DNA of 64,000 nucleotides, taken from contig JBLDXI010000043.1 in the NCBI GenBank assembly GCA_047495785.1, positions 124,001 through 188,000 of the forward strand, written 5' to 3'. The position numbers were made by a program, and so were the translations under genes. Below the pieces are notes generated by a model. That model worked only from the letters and a program-made list of their open reading frames with translations, was not told the origin of the DNA and did not search any database. The number at the start of each line of letters is the position of its first letter. Position 1 is the first letter of the stretch. Source of the DNA: Lepidodermella squamata (taxonomy: Eukaryota; Animalia; Gastrotricha). This document shows positions 36,996 to 49,200 of the stretch, one piece after another.

Positions 36996-39590
36996 TATGC
37001 ATAGTTTCTGCCATGTCATTTAATTCTACCCTGATTAAATTTTTTTAAGAATTTTTTAAAACTTTGAAACAACGGAGAATCCGAATATGACGTTCATTTA
37101 GAGACGAATCGGTTTTCACTCTGTATGTTCCCAATTTATTCCGAAATCTTGATTGTACCCTGCTTAATTTCTTAAAAGATTTGTTTGAAAATTTTCCAGG
37201 TCAAAGAAAGGTCGAGGGTTCGAACCCAAGCGTTTGTTTACTGCTCTCCAGGCCGACAGCAGATCATAAATTGACGATAGATACAAGAGAGCAAACGACA
37301 AAAGAGCAAGTCTTATTACTGATAATCTCCAAGGTCCAAAGTGCAAGGCTCAAGGTCCACGGTTCAAGGTCCAAGGTCGAAGCCAAGCTCTCGTTCAAGT
37401 GTTCTCCAAGGATTGTGCTGTCCTGCAATTATCTGTTTCATTTTCAATTCACTATTGTCAAGCTGCTCTCTATTGGGCGTCATAGCTTTGAAATAAATAA
37501 ATAAATAATTCTGTCATCCTAATGCATTCGTACTTGGTGTTAAAGAGCAGGGAATGCGAAAAATGTTCAAAGTCAATCAAAATACGTGTAGACAATTCAG
37601 TGTTAAGGCGGTTTGTTCCTCTTTGTTTTGTTAAAATCCTGGTTATTCAATTCCACCTTGATCAATTGTTCACAATAAGTTCTCAAAATACGTGTAGACG
37701 ACTCGGTATTAAGACGGTGTGTTCCTCTTTATTTTTATGAAACGGTCGAAGGTTCGAATTCAACCTTTCGTTCAACTGCTTTGCGATGATTTCGTTCACT
37801 CTCATGCTCTCGTTCTCGGCGTTGAAGTCATTACCGATATCGATTTAGTTTGCACATGTCATTCAGTCGAAGCCTGCTTAAATTTTTATAAACATTTTTC
37901 GAACTTTGAAATTTCAGAGGTTGGTTGAGGGTTCGAACCCAAGCTTTCGTTCTACTGCTTTGCGATGATTTCGATCACTCTTATGCTCTCGTTCTCGGCG
38001 TTAACGTCATTACCGATATCGATTTACTTTGCAATTGTTATTCAATTTTAAATTTTACCGTGCTTAGTTATTTATAAGAAATTTCTAAAAATGTGAAAGT
38101 TAAGTGTTCGAACCCTCTTGTTAAACTGCTCTCCAATTCTTTCATCAGTATGCTCTAGTTCTCGGCTTTTTGGTCAACACCGACATCGAATTGCCTTAAA
38201 CATGTTAATCAATTGTACCCTGCTTACTTATTTATAAGAATTTTCTAAAAATTTGAAATATCTGAGTTTGAACCCTCGCTCTCGTTAAACTGCTCTCCAA
38301 CGAATTCTTTCTTCTGTATGTTCTCCTTCACTGCGTTATCCTCACCGGGAACATGGATTCAACTAATCCCAGTCATTCAATTGTACTTTGCTCAATGTTT
38401 TCAAAGAATTTTGAAAGAAAGAATTTTGAAAGAATTTTTCCTTTGAAGCATTAAGCTTGAACAACGAGCTTGACACAAACGAGCTATATTCAAAGGATCT
38501 ATACTTTTCTTGAACAAAACTTCAAGCAATGTGAACCTTCAACATCACTTGGGTAAAATTTTACTCTGGTCAATTTTTGTCAAGGATTTTTTCTAACATT
38601 GAAATTGAACCACTGAGGCAAGCACTCGCGTAACTGCTCACCAATGATGTCTTTCAGACTCCTGCTCTCGTTCTCGGCGTTACCGTAATCAGAGACATCG
38701 ATATAACATATCGACAAAAAGCAAACGACAAAAGAGCAAATCGTATCACTGATAAATTCCAAGGTCCAGGGTTGAAAGTCCAACGTCCAAGGTCGTGGGT
38801 TTTAACCCAAGCGACTGGGAATGATTTCGTTCGTCCTCATGCTCTCGTTCTCGGCTTTAACCGACATCGATTTATTTTGCAATTACCGTGCTTAGTTATT
38901 TATAAGAACTTTCTAAAAATTTGAAATCTCTGAGTAAGGTTAAGGGTTCGAACCGTAGCTCTTGTTAAACTGCTCTCCAAGGAATTCTTGCATCCGTATG
39001 CTCCAGTTCTCGGCTTTTTGGCCAACACCGACATCGAATTGCCTTGCACATGTTAATCAATCGTACCCTGCTTAGTTATTTGTAAGAACTTTCTAAACAT
39101 TTGAAATCTCTGAGTTTGAACCCTCGCTCTCGTTAAACTGCTCTCCAACGAATTCTTTCATCCACATTTCCACATTTTACGTTCTTGTCGTTATTGCTAA
39201 ACCGACATTGAATTAACCTGTCCGAGTTATTCAATACTACCCAGCTTGAGTTTTTTTTTAGGAATTTTATGAAAATTTGAAATTTGCGCCGCACTTGCCA
39301 AAGAAGTTGCGTAGAGGGTCAATTCCGCGTTCGGCTTTTTCCGCATGTATACTTAAACTACTCAAACTTGGGTAGGTCCCGGGTCTTTTTCTGTCTCTTG
39401 CCTATGTGTTCACTGTCATAGAGGTGACATAGGATATTTTGATAATAAAACTATCAAACTGCAAATCAAGTTTCAGTGCAGATTAATAAGTTGTTAACCA
39501 CATTTTAAAGTGAGCAGTTCAAAAACGCGCTTTCTTATCTTCATATTCATATGCGCAGATGAATAAAAGATAAATTTAAAAGATAAAAAT

Positions 39591-39667
39591 GTGTCGTGAC
39601 TGGGACTCGAACCCTCCATTAACTGCATTTCACATCGATTCACCGAAACCACTCGGCCACACAACAC
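39591..39667 (-). pseudogene. tRNA-like sequence (pseudo-tRNA or SINE head)
   Basis: GTGTTGTG/CACGACAC acceptor-like stem, A box TGGCCGAGTGG and B box GGTTCGAGTCC; the anticodon arm pairs poorly. Confidence 0.55.
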
Positions 39668-40357
39668 ATCTGACATATCCATCGCAAATCAATTTATAAA
39701 TATTCAAAGAGAAAGAAAATAATCAAAAACAGTTTCCAGCGCCTTCCGGGAATCGAAGGCATCTCAATCACAATATAGTTTGCTTCGCTTAGGCATTGGT
39801 TCGATTACTGCTCTCATCACGTTTTTCCTTTCCATTTTTTTTTCTTAAAACAGATTAATTCCTGTCCAAATTTTTGCAGAATGAGCAATAAAAGTGGAAA
39901 CTTTTCCATTCACGTGGATTTTCATGAGTACAAAGTGCATGCCTGTCATATGGCTGACACGCGATTCAGCATCAGCTGTTTAACGGCGCAGCGGCGGCAA
40001 CATAATAAGGTTCGATCGGGTATACACTAATCATTTAAAACGATTTATTTCTCCTGAAAACAACCTCTAATTCCTTAAGCATTAGAATTACTTATGCTGC
40101 CAGCTCCAATCAATCCATCTTTCGCTTGAATCGATAACAGTGTGACAATGCTGCTGTCTCAGGTTTGCTAGTATATTATTGCTAGTTCATTTCACTATTC
40201 CCACTGTGATTACAGCTACTGGATGAAATGGCGATTTGCAGTCGGCGTTGGTTTACCACGGTCACTAATTTCAACCAGAAAGCCGTGAGTACATTTTTTT
40301 CCTCATTGATTTTATTTACTATAGTAAATTTTATTGATTTTTTCATTCATAAACACA

Positions 40358-43002
40358 TTTTTACGCTCCCTAATATTTTCTTTTATCGTCATGCTCTCGT
40401 TCTCGGTGTTCTCGCGATCAGCAACGTCGATTCACCGAATCTCTGTCATTTAATTTTACCCTCATTAAATTTTTTCAAGAATTTTTTCAAACTTTGAAAT
40501 TCCAAACGAAGGTCGTAGGTTGGTGCCCGACTTCTCGTTTTTACGCTCCCTAATATTTTATTTTATCGTCATGCTCTCGTTCTCGGTGTTCTCGCGATCA
40601 GCAACGTCGATTCACCGAATCTCTGTCATTTAATTTTACCCTCATTAAATTTTTTCAAGAATTTTTTCAAACTTTGAAATTCCAAACGAAGGTCGTAGGT
40701 TGGTGCCCGACTTCTCGTTTTTACGCTCCCTAATATTTTATTTTATCGTCATGCTCTCGTTCTCGGTGTTCTCGCGATCAGCAACGTCGATTCACCGAAT
40801 CTCTGTCATTTAATTTTACCCTCATTAAATTTTTTCAAGAATTTTTTCAAACTTTGAAATTCCAAACGAAGGTCGTAGGTTGGTGCCCGACTTCTCGTTT
40901 TTACGCTCCCTAATATTTTATTTTATCGTCATGCTCTCGTTCTCGGTGTTCTCGCGATCAGCAACGTCGATTCACCGAATCTCTGTCATTTAATTTTACC
41001 CTCATTAAATTTTTTCAAGAATTTTTTCAAACTTTGAAATTCCAAACGAAGGTCGTAGGTTGGTGCCCGACTTCTCGTTTTTACGCTCCCTAATATTTTA
41101 TTTTATCGTCATGCTCTCGTTCTCGGTGTTCTCGCGATCAGCAACGTCGATTCACCGAATCTCTGTCATTTAATTTTACCCTGATTAAATTTTTTCAAGA
41201 ATTTTTTCAAACTTTGAAATTCCAAACGAAGGTCGTAGGTTGGTGCCCGACTTCTCGTTTTTACGCTCCCTAATATTTTATTTTATCGTCATGCTCTCGT
41301 TCTCGGTGTTCTCGCGATCAGCAACGTCGATTCACCGAATCTCTGTCATTTAATTTTACCCTCATTAAATTTTTTCAAGAATTTTTTCAAACTTTGAAAT
41401 TCCAAACGAAGGTCGTAGGTTGGTGCCCGACTTCTCGTTCGTTTTTACGCTCCCTAATATTTTATTTTATCGTCATGCTCTCGTTCTCGGTGTTCTCGCG
41501 ATCAGCAACGTCGATTCACCGAATCTCTGTCATTTAATTTTACCCTCATTAAATTTTTTCAAGAATTTTTTCAAACTTTGAAATTCCAAACGAAGGTCGT
41601 AGGTTGGTGCCCGACTTCTCGTTTTTACGCTCCCTAATATTTTATTTTATCGTCATGCTCTCGTTCTCGGTGTTCTCGCGATCAGCAACGTCGATTCACC
41701 GAATCTCTGTCATTTAATTTTACCCTCATTAAATTTTTTCAAGAATTTTTTCAAACTTTGAAATTCCAAACGAAGGTCGTAGGTTGGTGCCCGACTTCTC
41801 GTTTTTACGCTCCCTAATATTTTATTTTATCGTCATGCTCTCGTTCTCGGTGTTCTCGCGATCAGCAACGTCGATTCACCGAATCTCTGTCATTTAATTT
41901 TACCCTCATTAAATTTTTTCAAGAATTTTTTCAAACTTTGAAATTCCAAACGAAGGTCGTAGGTTGGTGCCCGACTTCTCGTTTTTACGCTCCCTAATAT
42001 TTTATTTTATCGTCATGCTCTCGTTCTCGGTGTTCTCGCGATCAGCAACGTCGATTCACCGAATCTCTGTCATTTAATTTTACCCTCATTAAATTTTTTC
42101 AAGAATTTTTTCAAACTTTGAAATTCCAAACGAAGGTCGTAGGTTGGTGCCCGACTTCTCGTTTTTACGCTCCCTAATATTTTATTTTATCGTCATGCTC
42201 TCGTTCTCGGTGTTCTCGCGATCAGCAACGTCGATTCACCGAATCTCTGTCATTTAATTTTACCCTCATTAAATTTTTTCAAGAATTTTTTCAAACTTTG
42301 AAATTCCAAACGAAGGTCGTAGGTTGGTGCCCGACTTCTCGTTTTTACGCTCCCTAATATTTTATTTTATCGTCATGCTCTCGTTCTCGGTGTTCTCGCG
42401 ATCAGCAACGTCGATTCACCGAATCTCTGTCATTTAATTTTACCCTGATTAAATTTTTTCAAGAATGTTTTCAAACTTTGAAATTCCAAACGAAGGTCGT
42501 AGGTTGGTGCCCGACTTCTCGTTTTTACGCTCCCTAATATTTTATTTTATCGTCATGCTCTCGTTCTCGGTGTTCTCGCGATCAGCAACGTCGATTCACC
42601 GAATCTCTGTCATTTAATTTTACCCTGATTAAATTTTTTCAAGAATTTTTTCAAACTTTGAAATTCCAAACGAAGGTCGTAGGTTGGTGCCCGACTTCTC
42701 GTTTTTACGCTCCCTAATATTTTCTTTTATCGTCATGCTCTCGTTCTCGGTGTTCTCGCGATCAGCAACGTCGATTCACCGAATCTCTGTCATTTAATTT
42801 TACCCTGATTAAATTTTTTCAAGAATTTTTTCAAACTTTGAAATTCCAAACGAAGGTCGTAGGTTGGTGCCCGACTTCTCGTTTTTACGCTCCCTAATAT
42901 TTTATTTTATCGTCATGCTCTCGTTCTCGGTGTTCTCGCGATCAGCAACGTCGATTCACCGAATCTCTGTCATTTAATTTTACCCTGATTAAATTTTTTC
43001 AA
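40358..43002 (+). repeat. Homogeneous 180-bp tandem satellite, ~14.7 copies
   Basis: Near-identical units (ttacgctccctaatatttt...aaggtcgtaggttggtgcccgacttctcgttt) with one 4-bp insertion near 41437 and a few substitutions. Confidence 0.97.
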
Positions 43003-43249
43003 ATATCAAATTTGTTCAAAAAAGTTTTCAAACTATGAAATACCAAAAGATTTTCTACTATTCTGGTCAAGCCCAATGTATCATATTTTTATTTCTTCTT
43101 TCATGTTCCAGGTTGCGAATCGAATCAAATGGCCGATGTTGCACGCTTAATCGAATCGCTGAAATTGATTTCGGATTTTTGAAACTTGTTACCTTGAAAC
43201 TTGTTATTATTAATTTTCCTAGTTTTTATGATGAGAATTTGTAAGTGGA

Positions 43250-46200
43250 ATGGTGAGACCGCCTAATTGGAAGCCAAAATCGAAGGGACCACGTAAATGT
43301 TCCTTTTGCAAACGGAAAGGTGTTCAAATCTCAACCCACTGCGGCCTAGTCAATTGCCCTAAAGCTAAAAGGCAACACCATCCCAAGCCATGCATTAAGG
43401 TTCAAGCTCCACCTTCTCAGTCCAATTGTATGTTTTCCTAATCAATGAGATATATATGTTTCATCTGTTTTTACACAGCCACGTCGTATTCGCATGCTGG
43501 CGAAGCTTTATCGGTAGCTCCATCTTCACTCGCGGTTCAGAATTCGTCTGAGCAGTCGTTGATATCTCAAGGCTTGTTCTTGTTATTCATCCTCAAATTG
43601 TATAAATTTGCGATCAAATTTCCCCATAGGTAGCGGCGCTGTTCTGACTGCTTCGGAGCAATTGTTGGCTTCTCAAGGTCAGTAATTTTTATTTCCCAAC
43701 TATAACTTGACATGTAGCTTTGCTGTTCCAGCTGTTCCGGCTACCCGGGAAGATCCGCTGCCACCTTCGGGTTAGTTGTGAGATTGAGATTTCTTTCATG
43801 TCTTGAGCGAATACCACTAAGCTATTTTAAGAATTATAAGAATTGAAGAGGTGTTAACATATGATTGTTATGCCATTCAGTCTTGTCAAATAATATCTTT
43901 TCAGGCGCTTCTTTGAACGATCGGCAGGAATCTAACGTTGGTGCACCTGGGCCACGTCAGCCAGTGAACAGTCAGCCATCTTGCCCCGTGTGCGGTGCGA
44001 AAGGAAGGAAGCTTATCACCCACTGTGACAAGGAAGAATGCCGCATTAGTGGCAGGGCACATCACGCCAATCCTTGTTTCCAGTTGCATCGACCTGGGCT
44101 CGAGGCAGGTGCAAATAATGAGCATCAAAGTAAGTATTATTTATCCACCTGATAGGATTTTTATAATAACTTTCTTGCTGTAGCAACCTCTCCAGCTATT
44201 GCAGTAACCTCGGAAAATTCGCTGCCATCTTTGGGTTAGCTATTTTATGTACTCATTTGGCTGCCAGGTGATAACTAATGAAACTGTTGTTTAAAGGTAG
44301 TGGCGATTCTTCTAGCACAGATGCGCCCATTCTGTGTGATTGCTGCCGAAGGATATCAGTACCCGATTTCGACATCGACATCACTCTTGTCGAACAGCCC
44401 GTAACTGGACGGAAATATGGCGCTCTTAACTCGCGGCTTGCGTACGAAAACTGCTCCTTATGTCGTTGCTGTCGGCGGTATTTGCGACAAAATAACGCTG
44501 GCTATGCTTCCGGCTGGCCAGCTCTTCTGTACAGCGTGTTCTTCGAAGCAGCAAATCGGCATGTCGCACAGGCCATGTCGAGGTGCATCTCGCCGCCAAT
44601 GAAGCTCATGTGGAGTGAGGTTGACGGGGCAAACATCTTGCGTGAATCAGACCCTTGGTTTGTGGACAAAACGCGCGAGCTTGCCGATTTCACGGCGAAT
44701 ATCTACAAAGATCCTGGTAATACTAAAGACTGAAATGAAAATGAACATGAAAAATTTCAATAACCTTATTTAATTTCAGGTGGATTCAGCTACGCGTTGA
44801 ATACCTACCCGGTGCCAGATGTGATTTGCCCTCAAGGTTGCTTGGCGTTCATGGAGAAATGCCAGCTAATTCCGTACCACCATTTCATCCAACATGTTAC
44901 TGGCAGCAATTTCTTCGATTCTGATTTGCGCTGGTTCGAGTCAAGGCGACCCGACTGGCCGTGCAACCCAGTGCCTTTCCTCGCTTGGGACTTCGCGGCT
45001 GCAATGGTCATGGACGAGACAAAGGGTCTGTGCATTCTTGCCTGCATTGACCACAGCAAGCAGGACCTCTTTTCTATGTACCTGCATCTGCCTGCGAATC
45101 CCGCATTCGACCGGCTTCAAGATCCTCAACAGACAGAAATTTATGCACCCGTGCACGTGCAGCCGAATTTCGTGAGAGGAGGGCGCGTCGGTCAGTCGAA
45201 CGCATCGGTGCCGGTGACGAAGACTGTCGGCGATCCGTTGGGTGTTGGTAGTTTTACCCTGCGTGGTGCCCACTCCGCAAACCGCAAGCCTCTCAGCATT
45301 TATGCCAGTGCCTTCAAACCCCACCTTCTGGCCTTGCGATACCGGCCCGACATTCGCAACACAGCAATCAGCAGATTCGGCGAGGAACACGTTGCGCATG
45401 TTCTTGCTGAATTTGATGAGCACTGCCCAACGGCTGTCGTCAGGAAACAGGTCAGAGGTGGCAGTTTCATCGAGCTTGCCGACTCCTATTTTACTTGGGC
45501 TGTGCGCCGCATAATCGCTACAGGTTAGCAAATCTTCTTTCCAATGTTGGTTCCAATGTTTTACATTTATATTGACTTTTTGCGGTATCTAAATTGTTCA
45601 AATCTTAATGAACTTGCTATTTTGTTTCAGGTACCGATTCGTCCAAAACAGTGAAAGCTCCCTCGGAAAAGCTGATCTTCAATCCGGTTCACCCGAATGA
45701 TGATCATGGCTTGATCCCTTGGGCATTCAAGTCGAGTCGAGGCGATAACCCTGCTCAGCTCCTCACACTGGTTGCCAACATCGTATCGTTGTGCCGCCCT
45801 GTGTACCGTGCGGCGTTGTCCCATCTGGTGCTTGGCAGTCCCGATTTAGCACGCGTCGACATCGGTGACTTGCTCAGTCATACAGTTTCGCTGCCGCGCC
45901 CGAAAACCCCTCGTACCCTGAATCTGGCGCACCTGGCAAGGGACTTCTGGGCACTGACCAACCCTGAGTCAGATGGCGATGGCGGATCTGACGATGACGA
46001 GGAATCCCCCGATGTCGTTATGCGGACATTAACTTTGATTGGGAGAGTTACTGCGCCGATTAATCATGCTGAGTTGTCCTTTGGTGGATCTGACCTTTTG
46101 GCGATTAGGAAGGGTCACATTTTGGACGGCGAAGGAAGGAGTCTTCGAAGTCATGGTGAGTATTTTACCCATATGTTAAACAGCTTTCAGTATTTAGTTA

Positions 46201-49200
46201 TTCATCTTACTAGTGTAATATTAGAAGCAAAATTTACGTTTTGAAGTTTGAAAAATCATCTAGAATTAATGACATAGATAATTAATATATATGTAGTACA
46301 TTTTGTTTTACAGTGGGCAGAGTGCTGGTCATCCACCAAGGTCAATCTCAGCTGCTGACCGAATTCCAGTCATCTCGTGAGCTGCTGATGTGCCGTCCTG
46401 AAGGTGCCTTGCCGATCCAATGGCCCGCATTGCCTTTGTCGCTGAAAGCTGGTCATCACCTTCTCCTTGCCCGCGTCAAGTTTCGCCGGAAATGCTTCAT
46501 CGTTTTTCGATGGTCACCAAGCTTCAGTGGCTGGTGGACAGTGGAGCCTAGTGGGCGAGTAGTTCGTGGTGTCAGCGGTCAGCACATGCGCTTTGACGTG
46601 GAATTTGCGATATACGCTCTGCCTGGCAACCAGACCTTCTGCAATCAAGCCGTGCGTCAATCGCTGGGTGGCCAGAGCAAGGCGGCCTGCGAAATGCACT
46701 ATGACTCCGTCGAGTTCAACTTCACCTTGATGAAAGTGCCTGCCAAGCATAAGGTGAAGTGTTGCTTCCGATTGCCGGGAAGAGCAAATCAGTGCGGCAA
46801 ACCTGCTCAATTGCGTTGTCCTGCGGGCTTGCAGAATGGCAGCATGTCGTGCAGTGTCGGCATCTGCCCGCGGTGCTTCAAAAAGCTTTCAGCGAACGGC
46901 ATCACCAAGCTCTCGGCGCCCGACTTCCTGCCTGATTTGCCTGAAGATGCTGAACTGCAACTGTCAGCTAGTAGGGTATCGAACTTGGAAGCGGAAGCCG
47001 ATGAGGTCTTGCCCCAGCCTGAGCAGCTCGATTTGGCTGCTGATATTCAATTTCCTCGAGGTGAAGTCGAGCCGCTGTATGATCCCACCAAGGGAATTCT
47101 CGCCAAGTACCTATGGCAGCACCTGGGAATTCTGCAGCGAACCAGGCTGGCTTTCGACTCTGCCCAGAAGTCGTTTCTCCTGCAGCAGATGGTCGCCTTC
47201 GGTGATGCCCCTGCTACTTCCATCTTGTATCCGGAGGGTGCCCTGTTTCCGTCGCTTTTCTATTGCCAACGTGATGGCAGTGTTGTTGGTGCTCTGCCTC
47301 ACCACCACTACTCGTCGTCGACGTCCTACAATACAGGTGGGATCGGCTCACTGTCTGACCATGTCAAAGTGAGGCTTCGCAACTTCTTCTTGGCAACAAG
47401 CTGGTCGTTTGCGTCAATCTACTTCTCCTTTGACATGAAGTTATCGGCACAGCTGAACAGCAACAGCACAGCAATTTTCATGAAGCGCGGGACAGAAGGC
47501 CTGGCGGGTAAAGGCGCGGTTGGCTGGTCTCCTCCTGGCACTGTACTGGAATACGAGGAGTTCGACAAGGAGTCGAGGCTGAAGGAGCTTGGCGCCCTAA
47601 TCAAGCATGAAGAATGGAAGTGGTTCGGGACAATTACGTGCAATGATACAGGTTTGAAGAAATGTTTATAGTATTTTAGCAAATAAGTAGTATCCTGCAT
47701 ACTTCGATTAGGTAGCAATAAGGTGGTAAGCAATTTTTAAACCAAAGTTTTTGAAAGTTTTAAATTTTAGATCAGGGTCCTGGGTTCGAACCCAAGCTCT
47801 CATTTCTTGGCTCTCTAATTTTTTCTTTCATTCTCATGCTTGCGTTCTCGGCGAATTCTTCATCGGGGATTTTATTTGTAGCTGGAATAATTTTAAAACT
47901 AATTTAGGGGGAACTTTGAACTTTTAGATCAGGGTCCTGGATTCGAACTTAAGCTATCGTTTCTTGGCTCTTGGGTCCTGGGTTCGAATTCGAACACAAG
48001 CTTAATGCAAAATTTCTATTTTCAGGCACACCTGGTGTATGTGAAATCGTGAAGGCCCTCATGATCAACGCTCAAAGGCACCATGGCCCACGCCCCGTTC
48101 TGTCGAAGGCCGACTATCAGCGAACTTTTCGTCAGCGTCTGCTCCTTGTTTCAAGGCTTGACGAGACCGAGTACAAGCGGCTGTACTACGCCCATTTCAT
48201 CCTTATCAGCATGGCTTGGCAACGAGTGCAGGAGCATCTGATCGAGTTCCTGAAGCGCACGAATGTTGTTGGCACTGTCACCACTATTTTCGTCAGGAAC
48301 GAATTTCAGAGCGAATCACTCGTTGGCAACAAAAGTCATCTGCATATGGGCATTTCAGTACGCGAAAGCCGGGCAGAACTGCTGGAGAAAGTTTGCTGTG
48401 ATCCTCGTGAATTCTTCTCGGAGCGGTACGGCACGTCATTCGACGAGCTTCAGCGCTTGAGGTTGGTCGAGAGCCGAGATCACTTCGAGCTGCTCAAGGA
48501 GGTCCATTACCCCTTCCAACGTCACGAATGCGAGAAAGCGTTTTGGAAATGTCAAGTTCCACGCGGCGAAGGAGGGGAAATGGTTTGCCGAGTTCGCCAG
48601 CACGGCGTCTCCAGCAGCGGCTATTTCGAAGAATTCCGCAACCTGTACTCCGAGGATACCCTGAAAGAGCTGCAATCCCTAGACCTCGCCAGAGAAGTGC
48701 CCAATCCCACTGGCGACTTTGACTGGGAATTTCTGGCTGATCAGCTCAAGTCGGGCGTGTACCACTACGCGATCAAGCATCTCGAGAAGGGCGTGAAGTT
48801 CATTCCGCAAATCCCGATCATCGCGGCAATGATGGGCGGCTCCACGAACTTTCAGATTTGCGATTCTCATTTCAGCGTATCTTACCTGACGAGCTACGTT
48901 GCCAGCTCCGACGCTCGCCCTGAAGCTTACGCTGCAACGACAGATGTTCCGGGCCAAGTCGTTGCTTTGTTCCCTGCTGGTTTTGAGCGAGGTCAAAAGC
49001 TTGCTAGTGTTCGGTGAGTGATATCTTTGCACTTCAATTGACTTGAAAAACTTTGATGTTTTTAGGAAAGTGATGGAAGCGAAGCTGAAGCATTTCCGTC
49101 GAGAAAGCATGCAGAGCTTTATCTTCATCGCCTTGACAGAAGTTGCCTGGTTCGCGTTGGGGTTTCCCTACACCATCACGAATGTCGGTTTCGTACACAT

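Larger units (their letters stand above)
30530..39290 (+). repeat. Diverged ~170-190-bp satellite monomers, interrupted by the A/B junction and other inserts
   Basis: Recurring order aaggtc..gggttcgaaccc - aactgctctc - atgctctcgttctcggcgtt - cgacatcgatt - gtcattcaattgtaccct - aaatttgaaat. Confidence 0.8.

Noticed and set aside
30203-40497. Many 60-125 aa ORFs in the satellite region
   Set aside because: Translations of repeat monomers with no protein motifs; only the RT fragment and accessory relic are supported.
40358-43002. CRISPR-like array
   Set aside because: Units are identical end to end with no unique spacers, there are no cas genes, and the context is eukaryotic; it is a satellite.
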